Source: Octopus vulgaris (taxonomy: Eukaryota). From it: DNA of 64,000 nucleotides. Positions 63,301 to 64,000 of the stretch are shown one piece after another (the first letter of the stretch is position 1; each line of letters starts with the position of its first letter). Where the stretch lies: the NCBI GenBank assembly GCA_951406725.2, contig OX597816.1, positions 167,090,001 through 167,154,000 of the forward strand. Direction: 5' to 3'. Made by a program: the position numbers and the translations under genes. A model generated the notes under the pieces. The model ran no database searches. It had not been told where the DNA came from and worked only from the letters and a program-made list of their open reading frames with translations.

Positions 63301-64000
63301 GTCGGCAATGTTGACTGACATCTCCTCGATATGGTGCTGGACAGTGTTGTTAGAGACAGAAACACTCTCCAACTTTGCCGCCACTTCCTCTCCTGACCAA
63401 GATCTTTGCTGTTGGCATGACAAGAGACTCTGCAATGGTATGCATCTTCATGTTTTTGGCCACCAGGAGAGCAACTTCATAGGATGCTTTCACAATACCT
63501 GCCCTCTTCTGTTAGATCTGGCCACTGATCACTGTACACGGAGCGAATAAAAGGTAACCAATGGTATGTCTGTAATCGAAAAGTACTGATTACTGGTTGG
63601 TTGATTTGGATAGTATTCATCAAATTGGAAACGGTACAAACTAAAAATTTCATATTACCCTGAAAGTGCTCATGTACCACCTGGAAAGCCCTTATGTACC
63701 GCAGGTTGGGAATCGCTGCTTTAGGGGGTAGATATGTTATTCCTAATGTGAACCAGTTTGGAGTCTTTTGAGGGGGTTTCTGATGATATTAGAGAAACCT
63801 TCCATTAACTGGCATTGTGATGATAAGAGATTATTAAGATTGAGATTTTATCACTGTCCAGGAGACTTCCACTTATGAGCTTTAGATAGAGCTTGAGTTC
63901 ATGCATTTTCATATTATTCAATCCCTGGAGATCCAATCATTTGATTGTATTTGCTGCCCACCAGGGTGTTTAATGGTGGCCAGCTCTGCAGTTTCCTGGG
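60377..64000 (-). mobile_element. R4/Dong-clade non-LTR retrotransposon, decayed, interrupted by a hAT element, runs off the window
   Basis: TPNWFTLGITYLPPK|TSDKENPKK-YRPITCL, KGCKRNSYGSKDQLLINRMIL, AFNSVPHSWIL, KEYYRRVRMVLNTQLN...DRKTRKLL...HHPKSDV; (TAA)n tail at 60377-90. Confidence 0.85.
62121..63718 (-). mobile_element. hAT Charlie/Buster DNA transposon, internally deleted, transposase pseudogene
   Basis: TIRs cagtggttcccaacct / cagcgattcccaacct; 8-bp TSD (t/c)tttaggg with central TA. Fragments SVSNNTVQHHIEEMS, VHCFIHR, RKLDLW, STWECEQGFSAL...QPSH*. Confidence 0.92.

Overview
AT-rich, repeat-dense eukaryotic DNA. The repeat repertoire (tRNA-derived SINEs, RTE/CR1/R4/HERO LINE remnants, Helitrons, many MITEs, long TA/TG/GAT microsatellites) points to an octopod cephalopod; this is my inference and was not checked against a database. 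Almost all ORFs in the supplied track are microsatellite or repeat artefacts. One host gene can be reconstructed by hand: a 3-coding-exon, 97-aa RBIS/C8orf59-like ribosomal biogenesis factor on + (41789-41890, 45433-45534, 46832-46921). Several other short exon candidates suggest a larger + strand gene with long introns around it, and possibly a - strand gene starting near 20833. The most striking non-coding signal is a retrozyme/Penelope-like insert at ~58507-59213. It consists of a ~336-nt monomer in partial tandem plus an inverted copy, and carries two near-intact type I hammerhead ribozymes on opposite strands. At least four more decayed hammerhead motifs are scattered through the window. 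Other notable structures: a double palindrome A-(TA)n-A'-B'-(TA)n-B at 3942-5825, a hAT/Charlie transposon inserted in an R4/Dong LINE, and TSD-defined Kolobok-like, Merlin-like and unclassified 5-bp-TSD MITEs. Repeat boundaries were read by eye and are approximate unless a TSD is given.
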